Assembly: GCA_945878645.1 (NCBI GenBank)
Contig: CAMCTW010000001.1
Location: forward strand, 4,778-68,777
Source of the DNA: Bifidobacterium breve
GTDB taxonomy: Bacteria > Actinomycetota > Acidimicrobiia > Acidimicrobiales > Acidimicrobilacustridaceae
DNA length: 64,000 bases
Direction of reading: 5' to 3'
The translations under genes and the position numbers were made by a program. The notes under the pieces are model-generated. The model was not told the origin of the DNA, ran no database searches, and saw only the letters and a program-made list of their open reading frames with translations. How positions within the stretch are numbered: the first letter of the stretch is position 1; the number at the start of each line of letters is the position of its first letter. Below are positions 48,986-60,032 of the stretch, piece after piece.

Positions 48986-50814
48986 TTGCCTTCGTCATCG
49001 ACGATCTCGGCGTCAACAACTTCATCGTCGTTGGGTGCCGAGCTCGTTGCGGATCCACCAGCAGCTGACTCTTCGGCCGCAGCCTGTTCGTACAGTTTCT
49101 GAGTGAAGTCCTGGCTTGCCGTCATGAGTGATTCGGTTGCGACCTTGATGGCCTCGCCATCGGTGCCCGCAAGCGCGGTCTTGAGGTCGGCAAGCTTCGA
49201 TTCCACTGATGCCTTTTCGTCTTCCGAAATCTTGTCGCCTTGGTCCTTCAGCAACTTCTCGGTTTGGTAGACGAGCGTGTCGGCACTGTTACGAGTATCG
49301 GCTTCTTCGCGACGCTTTGTGTCTTCTGCAGCGTGCGCTTCGGCATCCTTGACCATCTGATTGATCTGATCCTTGCTGAGCGAGGACTGACCGGTGATGG
49401 TCATCGACTGTTCCTTGTTCGTCGCACGATCCTTGGCCGACACATGCACGATGCCGTTTGCGTCGATGTCGAAGGTGACCTCGATCTGCGGCACGCCGCG
49501 AGGTGCGGGCGGAAGGTCGACGAGTTGGAACTTGCCGAGTGACTTGTTGAACTGCGCCATTTCGCGCTCGCCTTGCAGCACGTTGATCTCGACCGACGGC
49601 TGATTGTCCTCAGCGGTGGTGAAGACCTCGGTACGACGAGTCGGGATCGTGGTGTTGCGCTCGATGAGTTTCGTCATAACCGAACCCTTGGTTTCAATAC
49701 CAAGCGAAAGCGGCGTCACGTCGAGAAGGAGAACATCCTTCACTTCGCCCTTAAGCACGCCGGCCTGGACCGCCGCGCCAATAGCAACAACCTCATCGGG
49801 ATTCACGCCCTTATGCGGATCGTTGCCCGTCATTTCTTTGACGAGGTCGACAACGGCTGGCATACGAGTGGATCCACCAACAAGCACAACGTGATCGACA
49901 TCGCCCTTCGTAAGGCCAGCGTCGACAATGGCTTGCTCGAACGGAATACGACAACGCTCAAGAAGATCAGCGGTGAGTTCCTGGAACTTCGCACGAGTGA
50001 GTTGCTCGTCGAGATGGAGCGGGCCATCAGCAGTTGCAGTAATGAACGGCAGATTGATCTGCGTTTGCTGCACCTGCGAAAGCTCGATCTTTGCCTTCTC
50101 GGCCGATTCCTTCAGACGCTGGATCGCCATGTTGTCCTTCAACAAGTCGAGGCCGTGAGCGCTCTTGAATCCGTCGGCAAGCCAATTGATGATTCGCTCG
50201 TCCCAATCGTCGCCACCAAGGCTGGTGTCACCGTGGGTTGACTTCACTTCAAAGACGCCGTCGCCGATTTCAAGAACCGAAACATCGAACGTGCCGCCAC
50301 CGAGGTCGAACACGAGGATTGTCTGGTCGACAGTTTCTTTGTCGAGCCCGTAGGCCAGTGCGGCTGCCGTCGGCTCGTTAATGATGCGCAGCACCTCGAG
50401 GCCGGCGATCTGTCCGGCTTCCTTGGTTGCAGTGCGCTGAGCGTCGTCGAAGTAGGCGGGCACGGTGATGACGGCCTGGGTAACGGTCTCACCGAGGTAG
50501 GCCTCGGCATCGCGTTTCAACTTCATGAGCGTGCGGGCGGAGATTTCTTGGGAGGTATAAGCCTTGCCATCGATGTCGATGGTCCAGTTGGTGCCCATAT
50601 GACGCTTGACCGAACGAATGGTGCGGTCGGGGTTGGTGATGGATTGACGCTTGGCCACTTCGCCGACGAGGACCTCGCCGTTCTTTGCGAATGCGACCAC
50701 TGACGGCGTAGTGCGGCTGCCTTCTGCGTTGGGAATGACCACCGGTTCGCCCGCCTCGAGAACCGAGACGACGGAATTGGTGGTGCCGAGGTCGATACCG
50801 ACGGCCTTTGGCAT
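48982..50814 (-). CDS. dnaK: Chaperone DnaK
   Basis: [31 protein letters not shown]. Confidence 0.98.
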   Translation of the reverse strand: MPKAVGIDLGTTNSVVSVLEAGEPVVIPNAEGSRTTPSVVAFAKNGEVLVGEVAKRQSITNPDRTIRSVKRHMGTNWTIDIDGKAYTSQEISARTLMKLKRDAEAYLGETVTQAVITVPAYFDDAQRTATKEAGQIAGLEVLRIINEPTAAALAYGLDKETVDQTILVFDLGGGTFDVSVLEIGDGVFEVKSTHGDTSLGGDDWDERIINWLADGFKSAHGLDLLKDNMAIQRLKESAEKAKIELSQVQQTQINLPFITATADGPLHLDEQLTRAKFQELTADLLERCRIPFEQAIVDAGLTKGDVDHVVLVGGSTRMPAVVDLVKEMTGNDPHKGVNPDEVVAIGAAVQAGVLKGEVKDVLLLDVTPLSLGIETKGSVMTKLIERNTTIPTRRTEVFTTAEDNQPSVEINVLQGEREMAQFNKSLGKFQLVDLPPAPRGVPQIEVTFDIDANGIVHVSAKDRATNKEQSMTITGQSSLSKDQINQMVKDAEAHAAEDTKRREEADTRNSADTLVYQTEKLLKDQGDKISEDEKASVESKLADLKTALAGTDGEAIKVATESLMTASQDFTQKLYEQAAAEESAAGGSATSSAPNDDEVVDAEIVDDEGK

Positions 50815-50880
50815 GGTGTTACTCCTTGTTTCTGTGTAGCTGCTGGATTTTGGGGGAATGCTTCTCGACTGTCGAGCGGG

Positions 50881-50927
50881 GCTGAGTCGCCGTCGCTAAG
50901 AAAGTTGAGCGTGACCATAACAACTTT
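50881..50927. promoter_or_regulatory. Two tandem degenerate HAIR (HspR operator) sites upstream of dnaK
   Basis: AAAGTTGAGC-n7-TAACAACTTT (50901-50927) and GCTGAGT-n7-GCTAAG (50881-50900) versus consensus CTTGAGT-N7-ACTCAAG. Confidence 0.65.
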
Positions 50928-51044
50928 GCCCAGGGCCGTTCCATTCCCAGATTCCAGAGATTTTTCGGATTTCTCAGAAATTCCTCGTCACCGCCTCCCT
51001 CCAAACCGGGCCAAGCCACGATCCCGTTGGGGCAGACTGGAACT

Positions 51045-51803
51045 ATGACTTCCACCCTCGTCCTTCTGCGCCACGGTCAGAGCACCTGGAACCTCGAAAA
51101 CCTCTTCACTGGCTGGTACGACGCTGATCTCACCGATCAGGGCCGGGCCGAGGCCAGTGCCGCTGGACCCGCCATGGCCGCGGCCGGTGTCGCCCCCACC
51201 GTTCTCCATACCTCGATGCAGACCCGCGCCATTCGCACCGCCAACCTCGCCCTCGATGCCATGGACCGCCTATGGGTCCCGGTTCGGCGGTCATGGCGCC
51301 TCAACGAACGCCACTACGGCGCGCTACAAGGCATGGACAAGAAGGAGACCACCGAGAAATACGGCAAGGACCAGGTCTTCGAATGGCGTCGTTCCTATGA
51401 CATTCCGCCGCCCAAGCTCGAACTCGATGATCCCCGTCACCCTCGGTTCGACGAGCGTTATGCCTCACTTCCCGCCGATGTCCTTCCCGCCTCGGAGTGT
51501 TTGGCCGATGTCGTCGAGCGCATGCTGCCCTACTGGTACGACGACATCGTTCCCGATCTTGACGCTGGTCATACCGTGCTCGTCGTTGCTCACGGCAACA
51601 GTCTTCGAGCCCTCATCAAGCATCTCGATGCCATTAGCGATGCCGATATTGCCGATATGAACCTGCCCACCGGCGTCCCCATTCGGTTTGAACTCGACGA
51701 CGCAATGGTGCCAACGAAGCGACTGGCATTGACCCATCGCTATCTCGGCGATGCCGAAGCAGCCAAAGCCGCTGCTGAAGCCGTCGCTCGTCAGGCCGGC
51801 TGA
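51045..51803 (+). CDS. gpmA: 2,3-BPG-dependent phosphoglycerate mutase
   Basis: [30 protein letters not shown]. Confidence 0.96.
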   Translation: MTSTLVLLRHGQSTWNLENLFTGWYDADLTDQGRAEASAAGPAMAAAGVAPTVLHTSMQTRAIRTANLALDAMDRLWVPVRRSWRLNERHYGALQGMDKKETTEKYGKDQVFEWRRSYDIPPPKLELDDPRHPRFDERYASLPADVLPASECLADVVERMLPYWYDDIVPDLDAGHTVLVVAHGNSLRALIKHLDAISDADIADMNLPTGVPIRFELDDAMVPTKRLALTHRYLGDAEAAKAAAEAVARQAG

Positions 51804-52309
51804 ACCATCTGCAGTTCGCCGGCTTCAAGCAAGTAGCCGCGTGATCGAACCGTACGAATAGCAAGCCCTAGTGGCGCTATCCGGCGACGCAATCGAAGCA
51901 TGTGCACATCAAGCGCATTGCGTCCCGGCGCGCCCGTGGGCCAACCCGTTCGAGACAAATTGTCGCGACTGACAACCGCGCCAAACCGATCAAGCAATGC
52001 CGACATCAGCCGAGCTTCAAGTGGAGGTAACGACACCCAGCCCGCCCCGACCCGGAGCACTCCATCGGGATCGAGCTCCGGGGCTTCAGAGTTATGGACC
52101 ATCGATCGAGTGGCCAGAGCCCGGCACCGGACATCGATGTCGTCCTGACTGGCAGGCAAGCGAATCCAGTCCTCGAGACAATCTGCTGCTTCCGGGGCAG
52201 GCATGTCTGCATCAACCAGCAACAGTCGCAACGCTCCCCTGGCCACAAGGGCAAGGCGACGGTCTTCCTCTAACGGCCAACGAAGCAGAGCGACATCCAC
52301 GGAAGTCAC
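51791..52309 (-). CDS. OmpR/PhoB-type winged-helix protein with a vestigial receiver domain
   Basis: LPPLEARLM...VVSRDNL...[14 protein letters not shown]...[11 protein letters not shown]; short N-terminus; start uncertain. Confidence 0.8.
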   Translation of the reverse strand: MTSVDVALLRWPLEEDRRLALVARGALRLLLVDADMPAPEAADCLEDWIRLPASQDDIDVRCRALATRSMVHNSEAPELDPDGVLRVGAGWVSLPPLEARLMSALLDRFGAVVSRDNLSRTGWPTGAPGRNALDVHMLRLRRRIAPLGLAIRTVRSRGYLLEAGELQMVQPA

Positions 52310-52405
52310 CGTAGGGAGCTCCTGTTTCTCAAGTGTTTCGTCGTGATGAAGGATCGGTGGCCGATTCGCCAAGCACGAGGGCCGGGTTCTCCCTATGCTT
52401 CGCCC

Positions 52406-52813
52406 ATGGCACGCGACGCATGGCTCGATCATCTGGCTCAGGTCCCTCTCTTCGCAGAGTGCGACAAGCGCCAGCTTCAACAAGTGGCAGCAGCGGCAGT
52501 CGAGATTTCGATTGAATCAGGAAAGGTCTTGGTGCGCGAAGGCGAGCCGGGCCATGAATGCTTCGTGATCGTTACCGGTACCGCAACCGTCAGCCGAGAT
52601 GGCGCAACGGTGGCCACCCTCGGCTCTGGCGCTGTGGTGGGCGAATTGGCCCCCCTCACTGGCGGAGTTCGCACCGCAACAGTGACCGCCGACTCCGCAA
52701 TGGAGGTCCTCGTGATCGCCCAGCGTGAGTTCAATGGCCTCATTGAAGAAGTTCCCGGCTTTGCCGTGCAGTTGCTGCGCAACCTCGCAGCCCGCATGAC
52801 CGACGAGTCCTGA
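52406..52813 (+). CDS. Stand-alone cyclic-nucleotide-binding domain protein
   Basis: VPLF, LVREGEPG, VGELA.....RTATV phosphate-binding cassette; no HTH. Confidence 0.9.
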   Translation: MARDAWLDHLAQVPLFAECDKRQLQQVAAAAVEISIESGKVLVREGEPGHECFVIVTGTATVSRDGATVATLGSGAVVGELAPLTGGVRTATVTADSAMEVLVIAQREFNGLIEEVPGFAVQLLRNLAARMTDES

Positions 52814-52887
52814 ACCCTTCTCACCACGCTTTCCCCACCGGCTGGTGAGGTTTCGCGCCCATAGGCGCGAGTAGGTTGACGTTCGTT

Positions 52888-55077
52888 ATGGAACGTAAAC
52901 GGATCAAAGGCCCACATCTGGTTCTCGTCATCGGTCTCGCCTTCGCGATCGTGACCGCCCTTTCGGGGATCGCATCAGCGGTGTTCCAGCAACACGACGA
53001 TTCACCAGTCACACGCGAGGTCTTCGGAGGCATCCCGCCTTCGCTCAAGATCGCGTTCTACGTCATGGTGTCGATCCTGCTCGTCTACGGAGCAGTGCTC
53101 TTCGGTCAGCGCGTCAAGAACTGGACCCGCGGTAAGCCTGACGACCGTCGCACAACGAAAAAGAACGTCAAGCGTCGCCTCGGCGATTTCCGCGCCGGCG
53201 TCTACATGCAGACCCTGTTGCGCGATCCCGCCGCTGGCATCATGCATTCGCTCATCTACTTCTCGTTCCTCGTTCTGCTTGCCGTCACCACAATCCTCGA
53301 GATCAATCACCAAATTCCTGAGTCGTGGAAATTCCTCAACGGCAACGTCTACATGGCGTACTCGTTCATCGGTGATCTTGCGGGACTTTGTCTCTTCGTT
53401 GGCGTGATGTGGGCGATCATTCGCCGCTACATCCAGCGCCCGTATCGCATCCGCATTAAGACCAAGCCGGAGCACGCCATCATCCTCGGCGTCTTCCTCG
53501 CCATCACGATTACCGGCTTCGGAACCGAAGCATGGCGCATTGCCGAAGCCGGAATGCCCTCATTCGAGAAGTGGTCGTTTGTTAGTTGGCCCATCGCCAA
53601 TCTCATCAAAAACAACTCAAACCTTGCTGGCGGACATCAGGTTTGGTGGATCCTCCATGTCCTTTCGTTCTTCGCTTTCCTTGTCATCCTTCCGATCACG
53701 ATGCTTCGCCACATGTTCACTTCACCGCTGAACATGTACTTGAAAGATCGTGAGCGTCCCAAGGGTGCAATGAAGCCGATGCCGAATCTCATGGAAACCG
53801 AACTCGAATCGTTCGGTGCCTCCACGATCGAAGACTTCACCTGGAAGCAATTGCTTGATCTCGATGCGTGCACCATGTGTGGTCGTTGCACATCAGTGTG
53901 TCCTGCGCATGCAACGGGCAAGTCACTTGACCCTCGCGAAATCGTTCTCAAGGCCGGCGAAATCATGGCCGCTACGGGAACGCCGCAGGTTTCGCCGCCA
54001 CTCGGTGTCGTTGCCGAAATCACCGTCTCTGCCAATTCCCTTTTCGAACGGGTCACGCCCGAAGAGGTATGGGCGTGTACGTCGTGCAAGGCCTGCGACG
54101 AAATCTGCCCGGTCAATATTGAGATTCTCGACAAGATCCTCGACATGCGTCGTTATCTGTCGCTCATGGAATCAAACTTCCCCACCGAACTCGGCAACGC
54201 GTACCGCTCGATGGAGAACACCGGTAACCCGTGGGGCATGAGCCAGGCCGACCGCGGCGATTGGGCCGAAAAGTTCGAAGGCATTGAAATTCTTGATGGT
54301 TCCAGCCCGCTTGAAGCCGAGTACCTCTACTGGGTCGGCTGTGCTGGTTCGTTCGATGACAAGAACAAGAAGGTCACCCAAGCCATGGCGCAGCTTCTGC
54401 AGCGCTCGGGTATTTCCTTCTCGATTCTTGGCCCCTCGGAAATGTGTACGGGCGATCCCGCTCGGCGCTCGGGCAACGAATACATCTTCCAAATGCTCGC
54501 AACGCAAAACATCGAGACGCTGAACGGCATGGGCGTGAAGAAGATCATCACGCAGTGCCCGCATTGCTTCAACACGCTTGCCAACGAGTACCCACAAATG
54601 GGTGGCAACTATGAAGTCGTGCATCACAGCCAGTTCCTTGAGTTCCTGATCGACAGCGGCAAACTCGATTTGTCGAATGCCAAACTTGAAGAGCGCGTGG
54701 TGTACCACGACTCGTGTTACCTCGGTCGTCACAACGACGTGTACATGGCACCGCGAAACGTCATCGGTTCACTCGGTGGTATTGAAATCGTTGAGGCCAG
54801 TCGCAACGGCACCCAAGGAATGTGCTGCGGTGCTGGTGGCGGGCGCATGTGGATGGAAGAAAGCACCGGCAAGCAGATCAACATCGAACGTTCGCAAGAA
54901 CTGCTGCGCACCGGTGCAACAAAGATCGCAGTTGCATGCCCGTTCTGCTACATCATGATCGACGATGGCGTGAAAGCACAGGGCGTCGAAGAAGACCAAG
55001 TGAAGGTCGCTGACATTTCGATGCACATCCTCGATGCACTCGAACGCTCCGAGGCTGAAGCAGAAGCTACGAAGTAA
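52888..55077 (+). CDS. Membrane Fe-S oxidoreductase (FadF / heterodisulfide-reductase-like)
   Basis: N-terminal TM domain with His residues, CTMCGRCTSVCP, CTSCKACDEICP, two CCG domains (YWVGC, YHDSCY, CCGAGGG, CPFC). Confidence 0.9.
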   Translation: MERKRIKGPHLVLVIGLAFAIVTALSGIASAVFQQHDDSPVTREVFGGIPPSLKIAFYVMVSILLVYGAVLFGQRVKNWTRGKPDDRRTTKKNVKRRLGDFRAGVYMQTLLRDPAAGIMHSLIYFSFLVLLAVTTILEINHQIPESWKFLNGNVYMAYSFIGDLAGLCLFVGVMWAIIRRYIQRPYRIRIKTKPEHAIILGVFLAITITGFGTEAWRIAEAGMPSFEKWSFVSWPIANLIKNNSNLAGGHQVWWILHVLSFFAFLVILPITMLRHMFTSPLNMYLKDRERPKGAMKPMPNLMETELESFGASTIEDFTWKQLLDLDACTMCGRCTSVCPAHATGKSLDPREIVLKAGEIMAATGTPQVSPPLGVVAEITVSANSLFERVTPEEVWACTSCKACDEICPVNIEILDKILDMRRYLSLMESNFPTELGNAYRSMENTGNPWGMSQADRGDWAEKFEGIEILDGSSPLEAEYLYWVGCAGSFDDKNKKVTQAMAQLLQRSGISFSILGPSEMCTGDPARRSGNEYIFQMLATQNIETLNGMGVKKIITQCPHCFNTLANEYPQMGGNYEVVHHSQFLEFLIDSGKLDLSNAKLEERVVYHDSCYLGRHNDVYMAPRNVIGSLGGIEIVEASRNGTQGMCCGAGGGRMWMEESTGKQINIERSQELLRTGATKIAVACPFCYIMIDDGVKAQGVEEDQVKVADISMHILDALERSEAEAEATK

Positions 55078-55641
55078 TCAGCGGAAGTTTTCCCAGTAGC
55101 GACTGGGGCGGGGACCAATTTGGCCCTGATACTTCGAGCCGACAGCAGACGATCCGTACGGGTTGTCCGCTGGCGTCGTCATGCGGATGAAGGAGATCTG
55201 CCCGATCTTCATTCCCGGATAGAGCGTGATCGGAAGACTGGCCACGTTCGAAAGTTCAAGCGTGAGCTGACCATCCCAACCGGCGTCAACGAAGCCAGCG
55301 GTGGAGTGAATCAGCAGACCGAGTCGACCAAGCGATGACTTACCTTCGAGTCGGGCAACAAGATCGGCGGGAAGCCCAACGCGCTCGCTGGTTGACCCAA
55401 GCACGAATTCGCCTGGGTGCAGCATGAAGGTGTCATCGGGGCCGATCTCGACAAGTTCGGTCAGATCCTCGAGGTTCTGCTTCACGTCAATGTGGCCCAT
55501 CGTGTGATTCCGGAACACCCGGAAGAAACGATCGATATGGAGATCGACCGATGAGGGCTGGACACAGCTGGGGTCGTACGGCTCGATAACAATACGGCCG
55601 GCTTCGACCTCTTCACGGATAGTGCGGTCAGAGAGGATCAC
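55078..55641 (-). CDS. dcd: dCTP deaminase
   Basis: [34 protein letters not shown]. Confidence 0.96.
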   Translation of the reverse strand: MILSDRTIREEVEAGRIVIEPYDPSCVQPSSVDLHIDRFFRVFRNHTMGHIDVKQNLEDLTELVEIGPDDTFMLHPGEFVLGSTSERVGLPADLVARLEGKSSLGRLGLLIHSTAGFVDAGWDGQLTLELSNVASLPITLYPGMKIGQISFIRMTTPADNPYGSSAVGSKYQGQIGPRPSRYWENFR

Positions 55642-55663
55642 GGCTGCGCAGGTTAGTCGTGGA

Positions 55664-57277
55664 TTACTCGGTCAGGAGATCTGCGACGTGCTCGCTGACG
55701 AATTCCTCTTCCTGCTCAGCAACGTCATCAATTCGAGGTCGGGCAGGGAGGAAGAACAGCACCATCACCACACCGATCGCAGTCGCAGCAGCAGCGGTGA
55801 TCACACCCCAATGCACGGCACTGACAAAGGCGGAATTGGCCTCGGTATTCACCGTGGCTGCTTGTTCAGAAAGGCCCATTTCCTGCAATCTTGGAACGAG
55901 ACCGTTCTTGATGGCTCCAACGCTGTTTTGCGCAGATTCGATGGCGGCTTGGGGAAGTGGAAGTCCGAGCCCAGAGAGGAAATCTCCTATCCGATTGCCA
56001 TAGGTCGTGGCCAACACCGAGCCAATGACGGCGACACCCAAAGCACCACCGACCTGACGAGTGGTGTCGTTCACTGCCGATCCGACGCCGGCTTTGAAAA
56101 TTGGCAGCGATCCCATGACCGACTCGGTTGCCGGGGCCATGGTCAGACCCATCCCGGCTGACATCAACATGAGACGCCAAAAAATATTCGAGTACGGCGT
56201 ATCAACTTGAAGCCCAACCATGCTCAACAATCCGATCGTGACCAGACCAAGTCCACAAGCAACGGTGATCTTGGACCCAAGGCGTTGAACGACTTTCGAA
56301 CTGAGAGGTGCGACCACCATCATCACCATTGCGAATGGAATCATTCGCACCCCAGTTTGAAGTGGCGAGTACCCAAGAACGAACTGGAAGTACTGCGTCA
56401 ACAAGAACAACGATCCAAACATCGAGAAGAACACGAGTGTGATCGCGCCGGCCGCGGCAGTGAAGCGTGCCTTCTTAAAGAACGTCACATCGAGCATCGG
56501 ATGATCGCTCTTTGCTTCCCAAATCCCGAACGCTACGAGCAGCGCGATCCCCACGCCGCCATAGCCAAGTGTCTTTGATGAGGTCCAGCCATTGTGAGGC
56601 GCCTCGATAATGGCAAAGAGCAGCAGAGCCAGACCAACGATCGAAAGAAGTGCACCGATTGGGTCGAGGCGATGAGCAGACGGATCTTTCGATGTGGGGA
56701 TGAGAAAGACGCCCGCAATAAGGCCGATCACAACGATCGGGATGTTTACTAAGAAAACCGAACCCCAATAGAAGTGTTCAACAAGAAATCCACCAGCTAG
56801 GGGACCAAGCGCGCCCCCGAGCCCAGCGGTTCCGGCCCAGAAGCCAATTGCTTTTGACCGTTCTTCGGGTGGGAACACATTGGTGATAATCGACAACGTG
56901 GCCGGCATGATGAGCGCGCCACCAATACCCATGAACGCTCGCGTTGAAATTAATTGGCCCGAAGTAGCAGCCATCGCTGACGCGATCGAACCGATACCAA
57001 AGAGAATGAAGCCAATCTGCATTGCTCCGCGTCGACCGAACTTGTCACCAAGCGCGCCCGCAGTAAGCAACAAACCCGCAAAGACCAAGGTGTAGGAATC
57101 AACAATCCACTGAAGGTCGCTTGCCGTCGCGTTCAAGTCATTCTGAATGGTCGGAAGAGCCACATTCAGAATGGAGTTGTCCAGCACAATCACGAGCAGG
57201 CCAAAGCACAGCACCGCGAGAATCGCCCATCGCCGGTCGTAGGACTTCGCTTGAACCCTTTGAGCGAGCGTCGACAT
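55664..57277 (-). CDS. DHA2-family 14-TM MFS efflux transporter
   Basis: [37 protein letters not shown]. Confidence 0.93.
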   Translation of the reverse strand: MSTLAQRVQAKSYDRRWAILAVLCFGLLVIVLDNSILNVALPTIQNDLNATASDLQWIVDSYTLVFAGLLLTAGALGDKFGRRGAMQIGFILFGIGSIASAMAATSGQLISTRAFMGIGGALIMPATLSIITNVFPPEERSKAIGFWAGTAGLGGALGPLAGGFLVEHFYWGSVFLVNIPIVVIGLIAGVFLIPTSKDPSAHRLDPIGALLSIVGLALLLFAIIEAPHNGWTSSKTLGYGGVGIALLVAFGIWEAKSDHPMLDVTFFKKARFTAAAGAITLVFFSMFGSLFLLTQYFQFVLGYSPLQTGVRMIPFAMVMMVVAPLSSKVVQRLGSKITVACGLGLVTIGLLSMVGLQVDTPYSNIFWRLMLMSAGMGLTMAPATESVMGSLPIFKAGVGSAVNDTTRQVGGALGVAVIGSVLATTYGNRIGDFLSGLGLPLPQAAIESAQNSVGAIKNGLVPRLQEMGLSEQAATVNTEANSAFVSAVHWGVITAAAATAIGVVMVLFFLPARPRIDDVAEQEEEFVSEHVADLLTE

Positions 57278-57349
57278 GGCACGACCTTCCGTCGGGAGAC
57301 GGAGCGAAGGGTACCGGTCAAGTTGTCGAGATCAGCGAATAACTGAAGT

Positions 57350-57808
57350 TCAGACTTTCTTTGGTCCCTGAACGGGCATGCCTGGCATGTCCTTCATGTA
57401 TGAACTTTCCTCGACGCGCTTTGAGATTCGCCAGCCATCGGCAGTGCGCACCATTTCATCGACGTACCAAAGGCCACAGGTAAAGACAACGAGTTCTTCG
57501 CCCATCGGCATCACCATCGGGTTATGACAGATGGTCTTGACCTTGGCGGCGTCACCGTTGAGTTCGATGCGACTGGTCGAGATCATGTGCTGGAACGAGG
57601 CGAACATCGGCATTGCCTCTTTGAGATATGCGATCGTTTCGGTGGGATTGCCAACACTGCCACCGAAGACCGAGTAATCGATGATCGCATCAGCCGTGAA
57701 GACATTGGCAAGGTCGTCGAAGTCACGGTGATCGACGGCATAGCAATAACGGACGAGCAGGTCCTGAATCTCCATACGGTCGGAAATCTCTTCAATGCTC
57801 ATGGTCAT
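57350..57808 (-). CDS. NTF2/SnoaL-like protein
   Basis: DRMEIQDLLVRYCYAVD, VFTADA..DY, QHMI, YVDEMVRTADGWRI. Confidence 0.88.
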   Translation of the reverse strand: MTMSIEEISDRMEIQDLLVRYCYAVDHRDFDDLANVFTADAIIDYSVFGGSVGNPTETIAYLKEAMPMFASFQHMISTSRIELNGDAAKVKTICHNPMVMPMGEELVVFTCGLWYVDEMVRTADGWRISKRVEESSYMKDMPGMPVQGPKKV

Positions 57809-57841
57809 AGTGGGGCCCCCTTGATGAACGTGTTGTGGACT

Positions 57842-58639
57842 TTAGGACGTTTCTTCAGGCACCCACACAAATTCGGGTGTCCGGCGTTCGGCAAAGGCGG
57901 CGACGCCCTCGGGCATGTCTGGGTTGTTGGCGAGAACCGGTGCCCAGCGCTCGATCATTGCCGCCGATATCGCACCATCCGCTGCGACCTCGTTGACCAT
58001 TTCCTTCGAAATCATTTGCGTGAGCAGCGAACGCTCATTCGCTAGCAATGAGGTGAACGCTCCAAGGCGTTCGATCGCAACCTCTGGTTCAGCGACTTCG
58101 TCAACCAGTCCGATGCGAAGCGCGCGGTCAGCATCAATCAATTCCGCAGAGAACAACAAGTGCTTTGCGGCCGATGGACCAACCAATCGAACGGCGCGTT
58201 CGAGGGCATAAGTCGGATATGCGATGCCAAGACGCGCCGGCGTAATCCCAAATTTCGCGGAGGTGTCAGCAAAGCGAAGATCGCACGCGCCCGCGATCTG
58301 CACGCCGCCGCCCACACACGAACCGGTGATGAACGCGATGGTTGGCCGCGGGAACGCAGCGAGGGTTTCTTCCGCTTCTCGGTTTTGTGATTGGTAGTCC
58401 GAACTCATTCCACCGCTGAATCCGCCGATGTCGGCACCAGCGCAGAAATGTCCGCCGACTCCGCGCACTACCAACACTCGAACCGAATGATCACGAGCAA
58501 GTTCATGGCAGGACTCGGCCAACGCTGTCCACATTTCGTGTGACATCGCATTGCGCTTCTCGGCACGATTCAGCCAGATCGTGGCAACCGATTCGGCCTT
58601 CGTCACAACAATCGGGTCTGTTCCTAATGAGTCAGTCAT
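57842..58639 (-). CDS. Enoyl-CoA hydratase/isomerase family protein
   Basis: NRAEKRNAM, FCAGADI, CVGGG, ACDLRFA, EGVAAFAERR. Confidence 0.92.
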   Translation of the reverse strand: MTDSLGTDPIVVTKAESVATIWLNRAEKRNAMSHEMWTALAESCHELARDHSVRVLVVRGVGGHFCAGADIGGFSGGMSSDYQSQNREAEETLAAFPRPTIAFITGSCVGGGVQIAGACDLRFADTSAKFGITPARLGIAYPTYALERAVRLVGPSAAKHLLFSAELIDADRALRIGLVDEVAEPEVAIERLGAFTSLLANERSLLTQMISKEMVNEVAADGAISAAMIERWAPVLANNPDMPEGVAAFAERRTPEFVWVPEETS

Positions 58640-59826
58640 TGAAGTCCTGCTTCTTTGAGAATTTGATCGCGGTGTTCGTCGAGTCGCGGCGGTCGAAATC
58701 GCACACCAGTGTGATCGCGACTCATCTTGATTGGTTGACCAGCGAGGTGCACTGGACGTGAGCCATCAGGTTGTTCGACTTCCACGACCATGTCGCGACC
58801 GGCAAAGTGGGGATCGGCGAAAACGTCAGCCATCGTGTTCACCGGACCAACGGGAACATCGCCTCCAAGCAATGCAACGATTTCTGCTGTGGTCTTGGTG
58901 CGCGACCATGCAGTGACTTCATCGTTGAGCGCAACACGATTCGCAACTCGCGTATGAAACTCAGCGAAGCGTTCATCAGTTGCGAGATCGGGTCGACCCA
59001 TGCGATCGCACAGTGTGCGAAAGAGCGCTTCTTGGCCGGCGGCAATTCCGCAGTGACCATCGAGCGTTGGGTAGACATCAAATGGCGCAATGATCGGATG
59101 ACCGTTTCCCGACGGCCGGGGAACCTCGCCGGTGTAGTCGTACTGGTACACCGCGCCTTCGCAAAGGCTGAGCACCGCATCGACCATCGCTACGTCAACG
59201 AACTGCCCTCTGCCGGAACGAAGCGCGGACACGAGCGCAGCGAGCACCCCCACCGTGGCCAACGCGCCGGAATAAATATCTCCGATACTCGGACCAGCCT
59301 TCATGACGGTTCCGTCAGCCGCTCCTGTCACCGAAATCAGCCCGCCCATTGCCTGGGCAACGATGTCGAAGGCGGGCCAGTCGACATACGGGCTCTTTCC
59401 GGTTCGTGGATCACCGAAGCCTCGAATGGCGGTGTACACAAGTCGATCGTTCACCGCCGCCAACGTCTCGTACCCGAGACCAAGACGATCCATGACTCCC
59501 GCACGCGAGTTCTCAACCAGCGCATCGGCCGTGCGCACTAACGCGAGGAAGATCTCACAGTCGTCAAGATCTTTGAGATCAAGGGCAATCGATCGCTTCC
59601 CACGATTGATTGATGCGAAATAACCGCCGTAGGCGCGCTCGCTATCTTCCGCGGTGAACGGCCCGGCGTTTCTTGTCATGTCCCCGGTCGGCGGTTCGAT
59701 CTTGATGACGTCAGCGCCAAGATCGGCCAGCATCATCGTGCAATAGGGACCAGAGAGCGCCTGGGTCACATCAAGAATGCGAAGACCGGCAAGCGGGCCA
59801 GGGCTATTGAGTTCGGTCATTTCCAC
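58636..59826 (-). CDS. CaiB/BaiF family III CoA-transferase
   Basis: GPYCTMMLADLGADVIKIE, NRGKRSI, ENSRAG, AFD..AQAMGG, GD. Confidence 0.94.
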   Translation of the reverse strand: MEMTELNSPGPLAGLRILDVTQALSGPYCTMMLADLGADVIKIEPPTGDMTRNAGPFTAEDSERAYGGYFASINRGKRSIALDLKDLDDCEIFLALVRTADALVENSRAGVMDRLGLGYETLAAVNDRLVYTAIRGFGDPRTGKSPYVDWPAFDIVAQAMGGLISVTGAADGTVMKAGPSIGDIYSGALATVGVLAALVSALRSGRGQFVDVAMVDAVLSLCEGAVYQYDYTGEVPRPSGNGHPIIAPFDVYPTLDGHCGIAAGQEALFRTLCDRMGRPDLATDERFAEFHTRVANRVALNDEVTAWSRTKTTAEIVALLGGDVPVGPVNTMADVFADPHFAGRDMVVEVEQPDGSRPVHLAGQPIKMSRDHTGVRFRPPRLDEHRDQILKEAGLQ

Positions 59827-59924
59827 ATCCCCTCATGGGTGGGATGAATCTAGGACACTCATCGCCCGCTAGGTCGTGGTGAAACCCGCTGGCTAGAGTC
59901 ACCACGCTCCTGTTCACAGGACAC

Positions 59925-59995
59925 GCGGGTGTAGTTCAGAGGCAGAACATCAGCTTCCCAAGCTGAGAACGCGGGTTCGATTCCCGTCACCCGCT
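59925..59995 (+). tRNA. tRNA-Gly (CCC)
   Basis: GCGGGTG...CACCCGC-T; TCAGC-TTCCCAA-GCTGA; GGTTCGATTCC. Confidence 0.95.
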
Positions 59996-60032
59996 CTCAC
60001 CCTCTCCCAGCACAACTAGCAGGGAGAATGAA

